A stretch of 45,410 bases of DNA from Patescibacteria group bacterium (GTDB lineage: Bacteria > Patescibacteriota > Patescibacteriia > GCA-002772895), in the NCBI GenBank assembly GCA_018895765.1, contig JAHINX010000019.1, forward strand, positions 1-45,410, given 5' to 3'. Position numbers and translations under genes: made by a program. The notes below the pieces were generated by a model. The model made no database searches, was not told the origin of the DNA, and saw only the letters and a program-made list of their open reading frames with translations. How positions within the stretch are numbered: the first letter of the stretch is position 1; every line of letters starts with the position of its first letter. Positions 24,518 through 35,914 of the stretch are shown piece by piece.

Positions 24518-24600
24518 ACCCTCCTTTGGAAAAGGAGGGTTGGGGAGGATTTATGAATATATAATTAAATCCCCCTTACTCCCCCTTCTCCGAAGGGGGA
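24518..24600. repeat. Triple-hairpin palindromic element (family B, copy 2)
   Basis: H1 is ACCCTCCTT tggaa AAGGAGGGT. H2 is GGGGAGGATTTA..TAAATCCCCC. H3 is TCCCCCTT ctccg AAGGGGGA. H3 supplies the last 8 codons of the 24576 CDS. Confidence 0.85.
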
Positions 24601-25175
24601 AAAGTATTTATAAATCCGTCAATCTTTTTTTTGAATTCTTCCATCGAGCCGGTGTTTACAATTGTACAGTCAGCCATGGCGATTGGGCCGGCTTTATCCA
24701 GGTTTTCTATTTCCGCAAAGTCGCGCGCCCTCGCTTCTTCTTTGCTAAAATTTCTGTTCCGCAAATCAATATCATCTTTATCTGAAAATCTTTTTGAAAT
24801 CCGTTCATAGCGGAGTTCGGGCGGAGCATAGATAGCAACTATGGTTAGGCGCTCGTTATAATAATCTTTTAAAATTTTATATTCATCCCAGCTGTAAAGT
24901 CCGTCGGCAACAAGATTTTTATCTTCCAAAACTTTATCAAATTTTGGGATATTTAAAGTTGCATAAGCGCCCATTCCATGCTCTTTGCGTATTGCTTCGC
25001 GGACTTCTCTTTCGTTTTTTTCATTGGGTTCTAATCCGCGTTCTTTTATGATATCTAGAGTAATTTGTCCAAAACGGACAAAACCCCATCCGTGCGCAAC
25101 AAACGCGTCTGCTAAAATACTTTTGCCGGAACCGCACATCCCGACGATGGCAATTATTTTATTTTTATTATTCAT
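24576..25175 (-). CDS. P-loop nucleoside/nucleotide kinase-like protein (adenylate-kinase / dephospho-CoA-kinase-like)
   Basis: Walker A IVGMCGSGKS near the N-terminus, 199 aa. Substrate not inferable. Confidence 0.55.
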   Translation of the reverse strand: MNNKNKIIAIVGMCGSGKSILADAFVAHGWGFVRFGQITLDIIKERGLEPNEKNEREVREAIRKEHGMGAYATLNIPKFDKVLEDKNLVADGLYSWDEYKILKDYYNERLTIVAIYAPPELRYERISKRFSDKDDIDLRNRNFSKEEARARDFAEIENLDKAGPIAMADCTIVNTGSMEEFKKKIDGFINTFPPSEKGE

Positions 25176-25193
25176 AATTTATTTAACTGAACC

Positions 25194-25217
25194 CTAATTG
25201 CTAATCGCTAAACGCTA
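25194..25217. repeat. Heptamer stop-codon array (TTAGCG family copy 3, inverted)
   Basis: CTA at 25194, 25201, 25208 and 25215 (TAG on the minus strand). TAA at 25195, 25202 and 25209 on the plus strand. Confidence 0.9.
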
Positions 25218-25219
25218 TT

Positions 25220-25795
25220 TTAATATATTTGCCCGAAATTATTGGGCGGTTCTTTTTTCTGCTCTATTGGTACATTCTCTTCCAATATAACTGCTTTCTC
25301 GTCTATTTTTTCTATATTTTTTTCAAACAATCTTTTTATATTATTATTCCATTCTTGATTGGGCTCGTAAAAGACAACCTCAAGTCCGGCTGTTTTTAAA
25401 TAATCTATTGCCTGTGAGTTGCGGTAGATTGTTTCAATAACGATTCTTTTAATTCCCGCGGCAACAATATATTTACAGCAATGGATACAGGGCGAATAAA
25501 GCGCGTAAAGAGTAGCACCTTCGGTAGTTTGACCGGCAACTGTGGCGGCTTGCAAAATCGCGTTATGTTCGGCATGGATTGTGCGGACGCAGTGCCCTTC
25601 TTCCATAAGATGTCCGGCTTCGCTGTCGCAATGTGGAAGCCCGGGTGGAGAACCATTATATCCTGTGGAAATAATTCTTTTATTTTTAACCAAAACCGCG
25701 CCAGCGCGAAGTCTGTCGCAAGTGCTTCTGGTTGCGACAATGCGGGCGATTGCCATAAAGTAGTCGTCCCATGAAGGACGGATAAAATTTTGCAT
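25220..25795 (-). CDS. comEB: Deoxycytidylate (dCMP) deaminase
   Basis: HAEHNAI and PCIHCCK zinc-binding motifs, with a ~40-aa C-terminal tail. Confidence 0.88.
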   Translation of the reverse strand: MQNFIRPSWDDYFMAIARIVATRSTCDRLRAGAVLVKNKRIISTGYNGSPPGLPHCDSEAGHLMEEGHCVRTIHAEHNAILQAATVAGQTTEGATLYALYSPCIHCCKYIVAAGIKRIVIETIYRNSQAIDYLKTAGLEVVFYEPNQEWNNNIKRLFEKNIEKIDEKAVILEENVPIEQKKEPPNNFGQIY

Positions 25796-25819
25796 ATAGT
25801 ATTTGGAATAGAGTATAAC

Positions 25820-26080
25820 TTATTCCTCAATTATTTCTTCAATTTCGCCTCCTAATTCATCAAAGAGTTCCACCTGTTCTTTTAGATAATCCAATGTTTC
25901 TTGTTCTTCAGGGGTAAGTTCGCCTTTTATTTCCAGCTCCAGCATTTGTGCGCGCATACCTTCGAAATATTCGTTTGCTTCCATAGCTTCCGGAGATATT
26001 TCTTCTTCTGCCGCCATTTCCGGCGACTCTAAATTTTCTTCAGGTTTTTCTTCGCCTTTCGGCGGATTTTCAAATGTCAT
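25820..26080 (-). CDS. Hypothetical very acidic small protein (86 aa)
   Basis: E/D-rich ORF with its own TTGACT-17-TAGAAT promoter. Confidence 0.5.
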   Translation of the reverse strand: MTFENPPKGEEKPEENLESPEMAAEEEISPEAMEANEYFEGMRAQMLELEIKGELTPEEQETLDYLKEQVELFDELGGEIEEIIEE

Positions 26081-26112
26081 ATTTTTTTGTTTAATTATTA
26101 ATGACTATCTAT

Positions 26113-26141
26113 ATTCTAAAACATAGAAAGAGGAGAGTCAA
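26113..26141 (-). promoter_or_regulatory. Promoter TTGACT-17-TAGAAT
   Basis: The reverse complement reads TTGACTctcctctttctatgtttTAGAAT, about 33 nt upstream of ATG 26080. Confidence 0.55.
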
Positions 26142-26161
26142 AGTTTTGAAATATATAATTC

Positions 26162-26186
26162 AAAATACCCCGCTTTTGCGGGATAT
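26162..26186 (-). terminator. Rho-independent terminator after rplA
   Basis: The minus-strand RNA AUCCCGC aaaa GCGGGGU is followed by AUUUUG. Confidence 0.65.
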
Positions 26187-26209
26187 TTTGGTGAGTTATG
26201 AGCGAGGTA

Positions 26210-26950
26210 TTAGATGCTCAATTTTATTCCAGGGCCCATGCTTGTGGATAAAACCAAACCCTTAATAAATACTCCTTTTGAAGACGCAGGTTTTGATTTT
26301 TTCAAAACAGTAATAAAGGCCTCAATATTTTCTTTTAGCGCATTATCGTCAAATGATAATTTTCCAAGAGCAACGTGCAGATTGGCGGTATCGTCATTTT
26401 TAAAAACGATTTTTCCTTTTTTCAATTGCTCTACAGCGTCTTTTATTTTTGTTGTGATCGTATCATTTTTAGGAGACGGCATCATGCCCTTAGGTCCCAG
26501 TATTTTTGCCAACGGCGCCATTTTTGGCATTATATCAGGCGTAGCAACCGCTACATCAAAATCAATTTTTCCCGATTGTTTTATTTGGTTGATGAGTTCT
26601 TCGCCTCCGACAATGTCGGCTCCGCTTGCTTTCGCATCTTTTTCATTTTTTTCGCTTGTAAAAACTGCGATGCGGAGGGTTTTGCCTGTTCCATAAGGGA
26701 GAACGACTGTTCCGCGGACTTGTTCTTCGCCTTTTTTTGGATCAATACCAAGACGAGCATGAAGCTCCACTGATGGATCAAATTTTACCTTAGAAGTTTC
26801 TCTCGCGAATTTTATTGCTTCTTCAACAGAGTATGTTTTGCTTTTATTAAATCCCGTGTTTTCTTCCTGCTTTTTTAGGATTTCTTCTTTTGGCACTTCT
26901 GTTTTTGCTACTATTTTTTTGTTTTTTTGTTTTTTTGTTTTTTTTGCCAT
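26210..26950 (-). CDS. rplA: Ribosomal protein L1 with lysine-rich N-terminal extension
   Basis: GTVVLPYGTGKTLRIAVF and a full L1 fold-length sequence. Confidence 0.93.
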   Translation of the reverse strand: MAKKTKKQKNKKIVAKTEVPKEEILKKQEENTGFNKSKTYSVEEAIKFARETSKVKFDPSVELHARLGIDPKKGEEQVRGTVVLPYGTGKTLRIAVFTSEKNEKDAKASGADIVGGEELINQIKQSGKIDFDVAVATPDIMPKMAPLAKILGPKGMMPSPKNDTITTKIKDAVEQLKKGKIVFKNDDTANLHVALGKLSFDDNALKENIEAFITVLKKSKPASSKGVFIKGLVLSTSMGPGIKLSI

Positions 26951-26969
26951 ATTTATTTCGTGGTAAAGC

Positions 26970-27003
26970 GTTGTGGATAAGTCTATAACGAGTTATCAAC
27001 AAC
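26970..27003. promoter_or_regulatory. Imperfect 11-bp inverted repeat GTTGTGGATAA / TTATCAACAAC in the rplK-rplA spacer
   Basis: 10 of 11 arm positions pair. It contains a perfect and a one-mismatch DnaA-box 9-mer. Confidence 0.5.
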
Positions 27004-27010
27004 TCCCACA

Positions 27011-27031
27011 AATGTTAAATGTTAAATGTCA
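27011..27031. repeat. Heptamer array (AAATGTT)x3 just downstream of the rplK stop
   Basis: aaatgtt aaatgtt aaatgtc. The TTAA core gives TAA on both strands. Confidence 0.8.
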
Positions 27032-27035
27032 GGTG

Positions 27036-27458
27036 TTATTTTACTTCAATTCCCATTTGTCTTGCCGTTCCTTCTATAGTTTTCATTGCCGCTTCAATAT
27101 CGTTTGCATTTAAGTCAGGCATTTTTTTCTCGGCAATTTCTTTTATCTGCGCTTTTGTGACGGTACCAACTTTTTCTGCCAGCGGTTTTCCAGAACCTTT
27201 TTTAATTCCGGCCGCTTTTTTTAAAAGTTCTGACGCAGGTGGAGTTTTTAGCTTGAATGTATAACTCCTGTCTTCATAGACAGAAATTTCTACAGGAATT
27301 ATTTCTCCGCGCATATCTTTTGTCGCATCATTGTATTTTGCGCAGAACTCGGCGATATTAAGTCCATGCTGACCCAATGCCGGACCAACCGGAGGCGCTG
27401 GATTTGCCGCGCCGGCAGGAATTTGCAATTTTATAACTGTTTTTATTTTTTTTGCCAT
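27036..27458 (-). CDS. rplK: Ribosomal protein L11
   Basis: [27 protein letters not shown]. Confidence 0.97.
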   Translation of the reverse strand: MAKKIKTVIKLQIPAGAANPAPPVGPALGQHGLNIAEFCAKYNDATKDMRGEIIPVEISVYEDRSYTFKLKTPPASELLKKAAGIKKGSGKPLAEKVGTVTKAQIKEIAEKKMPDLNANDIEAAMKTIEGTARQMGIEVK

Positions 27459-27534
27459 AATAATTATTTTTTACAAGATATTATAGAAGCCGTTTTTGTT
27501 ATAACGATAATATCTATTTTATTTTTTGAATTTA

Positions 27535-28077
27535 TTATATCTTTTTTACCTGAAGAAAATCTAATTCTACGGGTGTTTCACGTCCAAATACATTTACAAG
27601 TACTTTGACTTTTCCACGCTCATTATCAACATTATCAATCTTTCCTTCAGAATTTTTAAACGGACCATCTATAATGCGTACTGCGTCGCCGATTTCAACA
27701 TCAATCTTATATTGTGGCTCGTCCACGCCCATTCTTTTTTGCAAAGCTTTTATTTCTTCTTCAGAAAGTGGAGTAGGTATTGTTCCTGTTCCGATAAACC
27801 CTGTTACGTTTGGAGTGTTTCTGACCATATACCAGCTATCGTCAGTCACCATCATATCAACCAGGACATAGCCGGGGAATATTTTTTCCGTTACTACTTT
27901 TCTTTTTCCATTTCTAATCTTTATTTTTTTTTCGGTTGGAATCAGCACATCAAAAATTTTGTCATGCATATCGTATGACTCGATGCGTTGTTTTAAATTT
28001 TCGGTAACGTTTTCTTCGTATCCGGAATAAGTGTGGATAGCATACCACTGTCTTCCGCGTTCTAATTGTTTGGCCAT
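27535..28077 (-). CDS. nusG: Transcription termination/antitermination factor NusG
   Basis: WYAIHTYSGYE NGN domain and KOW motif GDAVRIIDGPFKNSEGKI. The start is taken at MAKQLERG (28077). Confidence 0.93.
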   Translation of the reverse strand: MAKQLERGRQWYAIHTYSGYEENVTENLKQRIESYDMHDKIFDVLIPTEKKIKIRNGKRKVVTEKIFPGYVLVDMMVTDDSWYMVRNTPNVTGFIGTGTIPTPLSEEEIKALQKRMGVDEPQYKIDVEIGDAVRIIDGPFKNSEGKIDNVDNERGKVKVLVNVFGRETPVELDFLQVKKI

Positions 28078-28083
28078 ATAAAT

Positions 28084-28114
28084 TAGCTTGTAGGAATTAG
28101 CTTGTAGCCTATAG
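28084..28114 (+). repeat. Heptamer stop-codon array, TAG x5
   Basis: TAG at 28084, 28091, 28098, 28105 and 28112, between the secE stop and the nusG start. Confidence 0.9.
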
Positions 28115-28140
28115 GCCAAAAACTAAATCCTCCCCCTTAA

Positions 28141-28323
28141 TTATTTTATCAAGTTTTCTAATCCTAAAGTTAGAAAATAATCCAAGATGCCGAAAAAGGC
28201 AGCAACGCCTAAAGAAATCGCAATCACCAAAATAGTGTAATTGGTTGTTTCTTTTTTGTTGGGCCAAACCACTTTTTTGAGTTCGGCTTTTGATTCAAAG
28301 ATATACTTTATCACTTTGTTCAT
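28141..28323 (-). CDS. secE: Preprotein translocase subunit SecE
   Basis: 60 aa with KVVWPNKKET and a single C-terminal TM helix, in the canonical position upstream of nusG. Confidence 0.82.
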   Translation of the reverse strand: MNKVIKYIFESKAELKKVVWPNKKETTNYTILVIAISLGVAAFFGILDYFLTLGLENLIK

Positions 28324-28390
28324 AAACTTATATATTTATTATGTTTTGATTCTAAAAAGAGACCCGCAGGTCTACTTAATTTCTATTATT

Positions 28391-28420
28391 AATATAGCAT
28401 AAATACGCTATATTTGTCAA
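28391..28420 (-). promoter_or_regulatory. Promoter TTGACA-18-TATATT with TGc extended -10 (secE-nusG-rplKA operon)
   Basis: The reverse complement reads cTTGACAaatatagcgtatttatgcTATATT. Confidence 0.65.
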
Positions 28421-28480
28421 GAGCTTTACAAGATTAGAGATTTGTGCTAAATTTAGGTTGGAAAGGAGGTTGGAAATAAC

Positions 28481-28705
28481 TTGCAAAAAGATCAAATCCT
28501 CCGCGTAGTCCTTTATATTTTTATTTTGATTCTTATGCTTGATGGAATGGCATATATGATTGGAAAGAAGAATTTTCCCGTACTCCGTTGGGCTTTACAC
28601 AAAATCAAGGGTGTTTGTATCTGGACTTTGAAGTTTCCGTTCCGCGCGCTTCACGCCGGCTTTAAAGCTCTTTTCAAAACGAAAAAGAAAGGAGAGGGGA
28701 GATGA
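28481..28705 (+). CDS. Small membrane protein (74 aa), TTG start
   Basis: SD AAAGGAGG 9 nt upstream. TM helix VLYIFILILMLDGMAYMI. Confidence 0.45.
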   Translation: MQKDQILRVVLYIFILILMLDGMAYMIGKKNFPVLRWALHKIKGVCIWTLKFPFRALHAGFKALFKTKKKGEGR

Positions 28706-28983
28706 AAAAAGTATTTTTACTTTTGGTGATTATTTTTTGTTTTGTAGGATGCATGACTAAAGAAGAGATTGGGCAACGTATAATAAAAAGAGCAAGAAAT
28801 TCGGTTCAGTCCATATACTATATCAAGGACTATAGGTCGGATATCTGTTTTGCGACGAAGTGTTGGTTTCAATTTCATTGCGAAGAATTAGCTATGGTGC
28901 CTTGCACAGAAAAGGTAATGTCATTGATTGTCAATCCGCGCGAGGAATGCAAAAAAGAATGCCCCAAAGAAGGCAAGAATTAA
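28702..28983 (+). CDS. Small cysteine-rich putative lipoprotein (93 aa)
   Basis: Lipobox-like LLLVIIFCFVGC. The ATGA overlaps the previous ORF. SD GGAGAGGGGAG. Confidence 0.55.
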   Translation: MKKVFLLLVIIFCFVGCMTKEEIGQRIIKRARNSVQSIYYIKDYRSDICFATKCWFQFHCEELAMVPCTEKVMSLIVNPREECKKECPKEGKN

Positions 28984-28994
28984 ACAAGAAAAAA

Positions 28995-29022
28995 AGGCCT
29001 GATTAATCCGGGCCTATTTTTA
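28995..29022 (+). terminator. Rho-independent terminator
   Basis: AGGCCTG attaatc CGGGCCT followed by ATTTTTAT. Confidence 0.6.
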
Positions 29023-29026
29023 TAGA

Positions 29027-29054
29027 TTGACTTTTTTTTAAAATCTGTTAAAAT
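29027..29054 (+). promoter_or_regulatory. Promoter TTGACT-16-TAAAAT with TGt extended -10
   Basis: TTGACT at 29027-29032 and TAAAAT at 29049-29054. Confidence 0.55.
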
Positions 29055-29076
29055 ATTTTTAGAAAAGGAGGACGCG

Positions 29077-29382
29077 ATGAGGAACCTTTTTGGAGTATTT
29101 GTACTTATGGTTGCCTTTTTTGTATCTGGATGTATGGCGACAATGCGGACAAAAAATATTGCAATGGAAGAGTGCAAAATTCCGCCGTCAGTAACAGAAT
29201 GTCATTTGGTTTATTATCACAACTACGAAACCAAACAAGAGCGTTATAACGGCGTAGTGAAGAGTAAGGTTACTTGCAAGATGATGAGGAAGCTAATGAA
29301 GGGGAGGCATTGCACAGGAGAGTATAAGATATATACTAAGCCAGAAACAAGAGATAATCATAATAGTCATAATAATATTTAA
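29077..29382 (+). CDS. Small cysteine-containing putative lipoprotein (101 aa)
   Basis: Lipobox-like LMVAFFVSGC. SD AAAAGGAGG upstream. Confidence 0.55.
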   Translation: MRNLFGVFVLMVAFFVSGCMATMRTKNIAMEECKIPPSVTECHLVYYHNYETKQERYNGVVKSKVTCKMMRKLMKGRHCTGEYKIYTKPETRDNHNSHNNI

Positions 29383-29423
29383 CGTGAACTCAGCCGGGCA
29401 AAAGTCCGGTTTTTTTGTTAAAA

Positions 29424-29519
29424 GATTCCCACAGATTTCTAACGGATTCTCACGGATATGATAGACGGATAATCCGCGAAATCCAATCGGTGGAAATCCG
29501 TTAGTAATCCGTGGAAATC
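29424..29519. repeat. AGATTCCCACA box followed by a convergent CGGAT / ATCCG cluster
   Basis: CGGAT at 29443, 29453 and 29466. ATCCG at 29472, 29496 and 29507. Confidence 0.8.
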
Positions 29520-29544
29520 AAAACGCCCCATTTATTTGGGACGC
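29520..29544 (-). terminator. Rho-independent terminator after gyrB (needs G-U pairs, so strand-specific)
   Basis: The minus-strand RNA GCGUCCC aaauaaau GGGGCGU is followed by UUUU. Confidence 0.55.
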
Positions 29545-29567
29545 TTTAAATATTGAGATAGCTACTG

Positions 29568-32891
<3,324 letters not shown>

Positions 32892-32920
32892 TTAACTTTT
32901 TTAGTAATAATTACTATTAT

Positions 32921-32949
32921 ATTTTAGCATATAATTTATTATGTTGCAA
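32921..32949 (-). promoter_or_regulatory. Promoter TTGCAA-17-TAAAAT with TGc extended -10 (gyrB)
   Basis: The reverse complement reads cTTGCAAcataataaattatatgcTAAAAT. Confidence 0.6.
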
Positions 32950-32986
32950 GCCGATATGATATAATCAAAATAAGTAAAAAATATTT

Positions 32987-33907
32987 ATGGCATTTAATCC
33001 AAATCAAGAATCAGTGGGTCCGCCCGAAGCGCAAAGTCAGAGTTCTACTAAAAAGCCGGCTGATAAAGAAGGAGAGCTAAAGGCGTCTTTCAAATTTAGT
33101 TTTTGGTTTTTTAGAAATAAGCCCTTTTTAAAAAAAGTTTTCATGGGCCTTGTTATTGTTGTTGTTGCCGCGCCCTGGACTTATACTTTGATTTGGCTTT
33201 TGGATTGGGCGGTAATAACAGGTCCCAAGGAACGTGCTAACTTAAATACAATTTTAGATATCAAAGTAAGTCAGGAGGCGCTCGCAAATATTGCCGCCAC
33301 GCCTCTCTATTTTAGCGAAGCGGAAATATTTGCCGGCGGAATAGGCCAGTATGATATTTTTAGCCAAGTTAAAAATCAGAATGCTAAATGGTGGATGGAG
33401 TTTCAATATCGTTTTGTGGGAGAGGGTTTGGAAGGCGATTGGCGGAATGGCTTTGTATTGCCGGATGAAACAAAATATATAACAAATCTTGGAGTAGAAC
33501 GAGCTTTTCGCCCGCGTAATATCCGTTTGGAAACAAGAGATATAAAATATCACCGGATAAATAATCATTTAATACCGGATTATGCGGAATTTAAAAAAGA
33601 GCGGATGGATATTGTTGTAAGCGATACTGATTTTGACCCGCGGGCGATACAAAATAAAAAGAATATCGCGCTTTTGAGCTTTATGGCAAAAAATAATACA
33701 GCCTATGATTATTGGTTAATCGGATTTTATACTTATCTTTATCGCGGAGACCAGCTTGTGGCGCTGAATTATATTGGCGCGACGGAGTTTTTATCAGGCG
33801 AATCGCGCGATTTGGAAATTTATTTTTACGAAGGTCTTCCGGCAGTATCAAGATATGAGATTGTGCCGGAGCTGAATATTTTTGATGAAGATGGGTATAT
33901 AAGATAA
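32987..33907 (+). CDS. Hypothetical membrane-anchored protein (306 aa)
   Basis: One TM helix (VFMGLVIVVVAAPWTYTLIWLL), then a soluble domain. Confidence 0.6.
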   Translation: MAFNPNQESVGPPEAQSQSSTKKPADKEGELKASFKFSFWFFRNKPFLKKVFMGLVIVVVAAPWTYTLIWLLDWAVITGPKERANLNTILDIKVSQEALANIAATPLYFSEAEIFAGGIGQYDIFSQVKNQNAKWWMEFQYRFVGEGLEGDWRNGFVLPDETKYITNLGVERAFRPRNIRLETRDIKYHRINNHLIPDYAEFKKERMDIVVSDTDFDPRAIQNKKNIALLSFMAKNNTAYDYWLIGFYTYLYRGDQLVALNYIGATEFLSGESRDLEIYFYEGLPAVSRYEIVPELNIFDEDGYIR

Positions 33908-33928
33908 GGGATGATATTATAAAGTATT

Positions 33929-33956
33929 TCCGCGCCTTTTGGCGCGGATTTTATTT
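33929..33956 (+). terminator. Rho-independent terminator
   Basis: TCCGCGCC tttt GGCGCGGA followed by TTTTATTT. Confidence 0.8.
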
Positions 33957-33983
33957 ACAAGACTTGTGGATAAGTGGTAATAT

Positions 33984-34011
33984 GATTTCAGATTTATGAT
34001 TTAAGATTTTA
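33984..34011. repeat. Heptamer array (GATTTNN)x4
   Basis: gatttca gatttat gatttaa gatttta, with stop triplets on both strands. Confidence 0.8.
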
Positions 34012-34020
34012 TTATTGATC

Positions 34021-34036
34021 TGTCGCGCAAGCGACA
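34021..34036 (+). promoter_or_regulatory. TGTCGC-gcaa-GCGACA hairpin upstream of the SEDS gene
   Basis: 6-bp stem with a GNRA-type loop, 27 nt before ATG 34063. Confidence 0.4.
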
Positions 34037-34062
34037 TAACATTTTCAATCAGCAATTATATT

Positions 34063-35154
34063 ATGGATTTTAAACAAGGTTTTATACAAAAATTTGATTG
34101 GATGTTGTTTTTTCCTGTTTTTCTTTTGGGAGCCATAGGGCTTGTAGCGATTTATTCTACCGATCTAGGAGAAGCGATTGCCGATTTTGCCAATTTTAAA
34201 AAACAGCTTTTAACTTTTGTTGTAGGCATTTTTTTTGTTTTTGTTATAGCTGCGCTTAATTACCGCCAGCTTAAAAATGCAAAAAATCTATTGTATTTTA
34301 TCGGACTTTTGCTTTTAGGCGGAGTTCTTGTTTTTGGAGAAACCATTAGAGGCACGACAGGCTGGTTTTATTTGGGCCCGTTTTCTTTTCAGCCGGTTGA
34401 AATTATAAAAATAATTTTAGTGATTTTTTTGGCTGATTATTTTGCCCGTGAAGGCAGGCGGTTGTTTTCTTTTTGGGATATCATAAAAAGTTTGGTTGCG
34501 GTTGTGATTTTTATTGCCTTAGTGCTTTTCCAGCCGGACTTGGGCTCATCAATAATTTTGTTTTTGGCATGGGCCGGGATGCTTGTTGTTTCGCGGGTCA
34601 GAAAAAAACATCTGATTATCATATTTTTGGCTTTTTTTGCAGTTAGTCTGGTTTCGTGGTTTTTCGTATTAGAAGATTTTCAAAAGGATCGTATAATGGT
34701 TTTTGCAAATCCGGAACTTGACCCTTTGGGCGCGGGATATAATATTAAACAATCCATTATTGCAATTGGGTCTGGTGGCATATTGGGAAAGGGCTTGGGT
34801 TTTGGCTCTCAGAGCCAGCTTAGATTTTTGCCTGAAGCGCACACGGATTTTATTTTTGCCTTAATCGCGGAAGAAATGGGCTTTATAATGGTATTTTTTA
34901 TAATTGCGCTTTATACGTTGTTTTTTTATAGAATTTTAAAAATAGTAAAAGAGACAAAGATTGACTTTAATGCTTATGTGGCAATTGGCTTTTTAATGCT
35001 TTTTTTAAGCGAAACTCTGATAAATATAGGTATGAATATTGGTCTTATGCCAGTAACGGGGATTGCTTTGCCATTTGTAAGCTTGGGAGGGAGCTCCCTT
35101 ATTTCCAGCTTTATTATGGTGGGTATTCTGGAGAGTATAAAGGTAAGAAGCTAA
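34063..35154 (+). CDS. SEDS-family peptidoglycan polymerase (RodA/FtsW)
   Basis: About 10 TM helices, with GYNIKQSIIAIGSGGILGKGLG and LPEAHTDFIFALIAEEMGF. The start is taken at MDFKQGF. Confidence 0.9.
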   Translation: MDFKQGFIQKFDWMLFFPVFLLGAIGLVAIYSTDLGEAIADFANFKKQLLTFVVGIFFVFVIAALNYRQLKNAKNLLYFIGLLLLGGVLVFGETIRGTTGWFYLGPFSFQPVEIIKIILVIFLADYFAREGRRLFSFWDIIKSLVAVVIFIALVLFQPDLGSSIILFLAWAGMLVVSRVRKKHLIIIFLAFFAVSLVSWFFVLEDFQKDRIMVFANPELDPLGAGYNIKQSIIAIGSGGILGKGLGFGSQSQLRFLPEAHTDFIFALIAEEMGFIMVFFIIALYTLFFYRILKIVKETKIDFNAYVAIGFLMLFLSETLINIGMNIGLMPVTGIALPFVSLGGSSLISSFIMVGILESIKVRS

Positions 35155-35206
35155 AATCTTGACTATGTTTAAATAATGTGCTATTCTTATAAATAATCTA
35201 ACAAGC

Positions 35207-35230
35207 TAAAACCTAATACCTAAAATCTAA
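35207..35230 (+). repeat. Heptamer stop-codon array, TAA x4
   Basis: TAA at 35207, 35214, 35221 and 35228 (also 35194 and 35199), ending 4 nt before the rplY ATG. Confidence 0.88.
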
Positions 35231-35234
35231 TTTT

Positions 35235-35888
35235 ATGAGCGTTATATTAAATTCAGAACTAAGAGGAGAAAAGACAATTTCAGATTTAAGAGCCGGAGGC
35301 AAGATAACTGCCGAGCTTTATGGTCCTGAAATCAAAAATCAGAGCGTACTTTTGGATTATAAAGAATTTGATAAAGTTTATAATGAGGCTGGTGAATCAT
35401 CTCTTGTTGTTGTAAAAGCTCCGGATGGCACAGATATAAACGTTCTAATTGTTGAAGTTCAATATCATCCTATAAGCGGAAAATATATAAATGTTGATTT
35501 GCGCCAGGTTTCTATGAAAGAAAAAATAGAAGCCGATGTTGAGTTGAAATTTATTGGCGAAGCGCCGGCAGTTAAGAGTCTTGGCGGAACTTTTATTCCT
35601 GCAAAAAATACACTTACCATAAAGGCATTGCCATCTGATTTGATTAGCGAAATTGAAATTGATATTTCTGGACTTGTCACTTTTGATGATAAAATAACAG
35701 TAGCGGATATAAAATTAGCGCCTGGAATTGAAGTTATGGATGCGCCAGAAGCATTGGTTGCCATTATAACAGAACCGCAAGAAGAGGAAGCGGCAGTCAC
35801 GCCGGAAAGTGAAGCGGAACGCGTTGCTTCTGTAGAAGTTGCCGGAGAAAAGAAAGAAGAAGGTGAAGAAGAGAAAAAGGGAGAATAA
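35235..35888 (+). CDS. rplY: Ribosomal protein L25 / Ctc form
   Basis: LRAGGKITAELYG, a two-domain length and an acidic tail. Confidence 0.85.
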   Translation: MSVILNSELRGEKTISDLRAGGKITAELYGPEIKNQSVLLDYKEFDKVYNEAGESSLVVVKAPDGTDINVLIVEVQYHPISGKYINVDLRQVSMKEKIEADVELKFIGEAPAVKSLGGTFIPAKNTLTIKALPSDLISEIEIDISGLVTFDDKITVADIKLAPGIEVMDAPEALVAIITEPQEEEAAVTPESEAERVASVEVAGEKKEEGEEEKKGE

Positions 35889-35914
35889 AATTATCTCATT
35901 GTTAAATTGTCAGA

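Noticed and set aside
19585-25795. Prophage or integrative island spanning the nucleotide-metabolism cluster
   Set aside because: There are no integrase, capsid, terminase or att-like flanking repeats. The genes are interleaved with core functions and use the same SD-less start style, except for the two HD-like ORFs.
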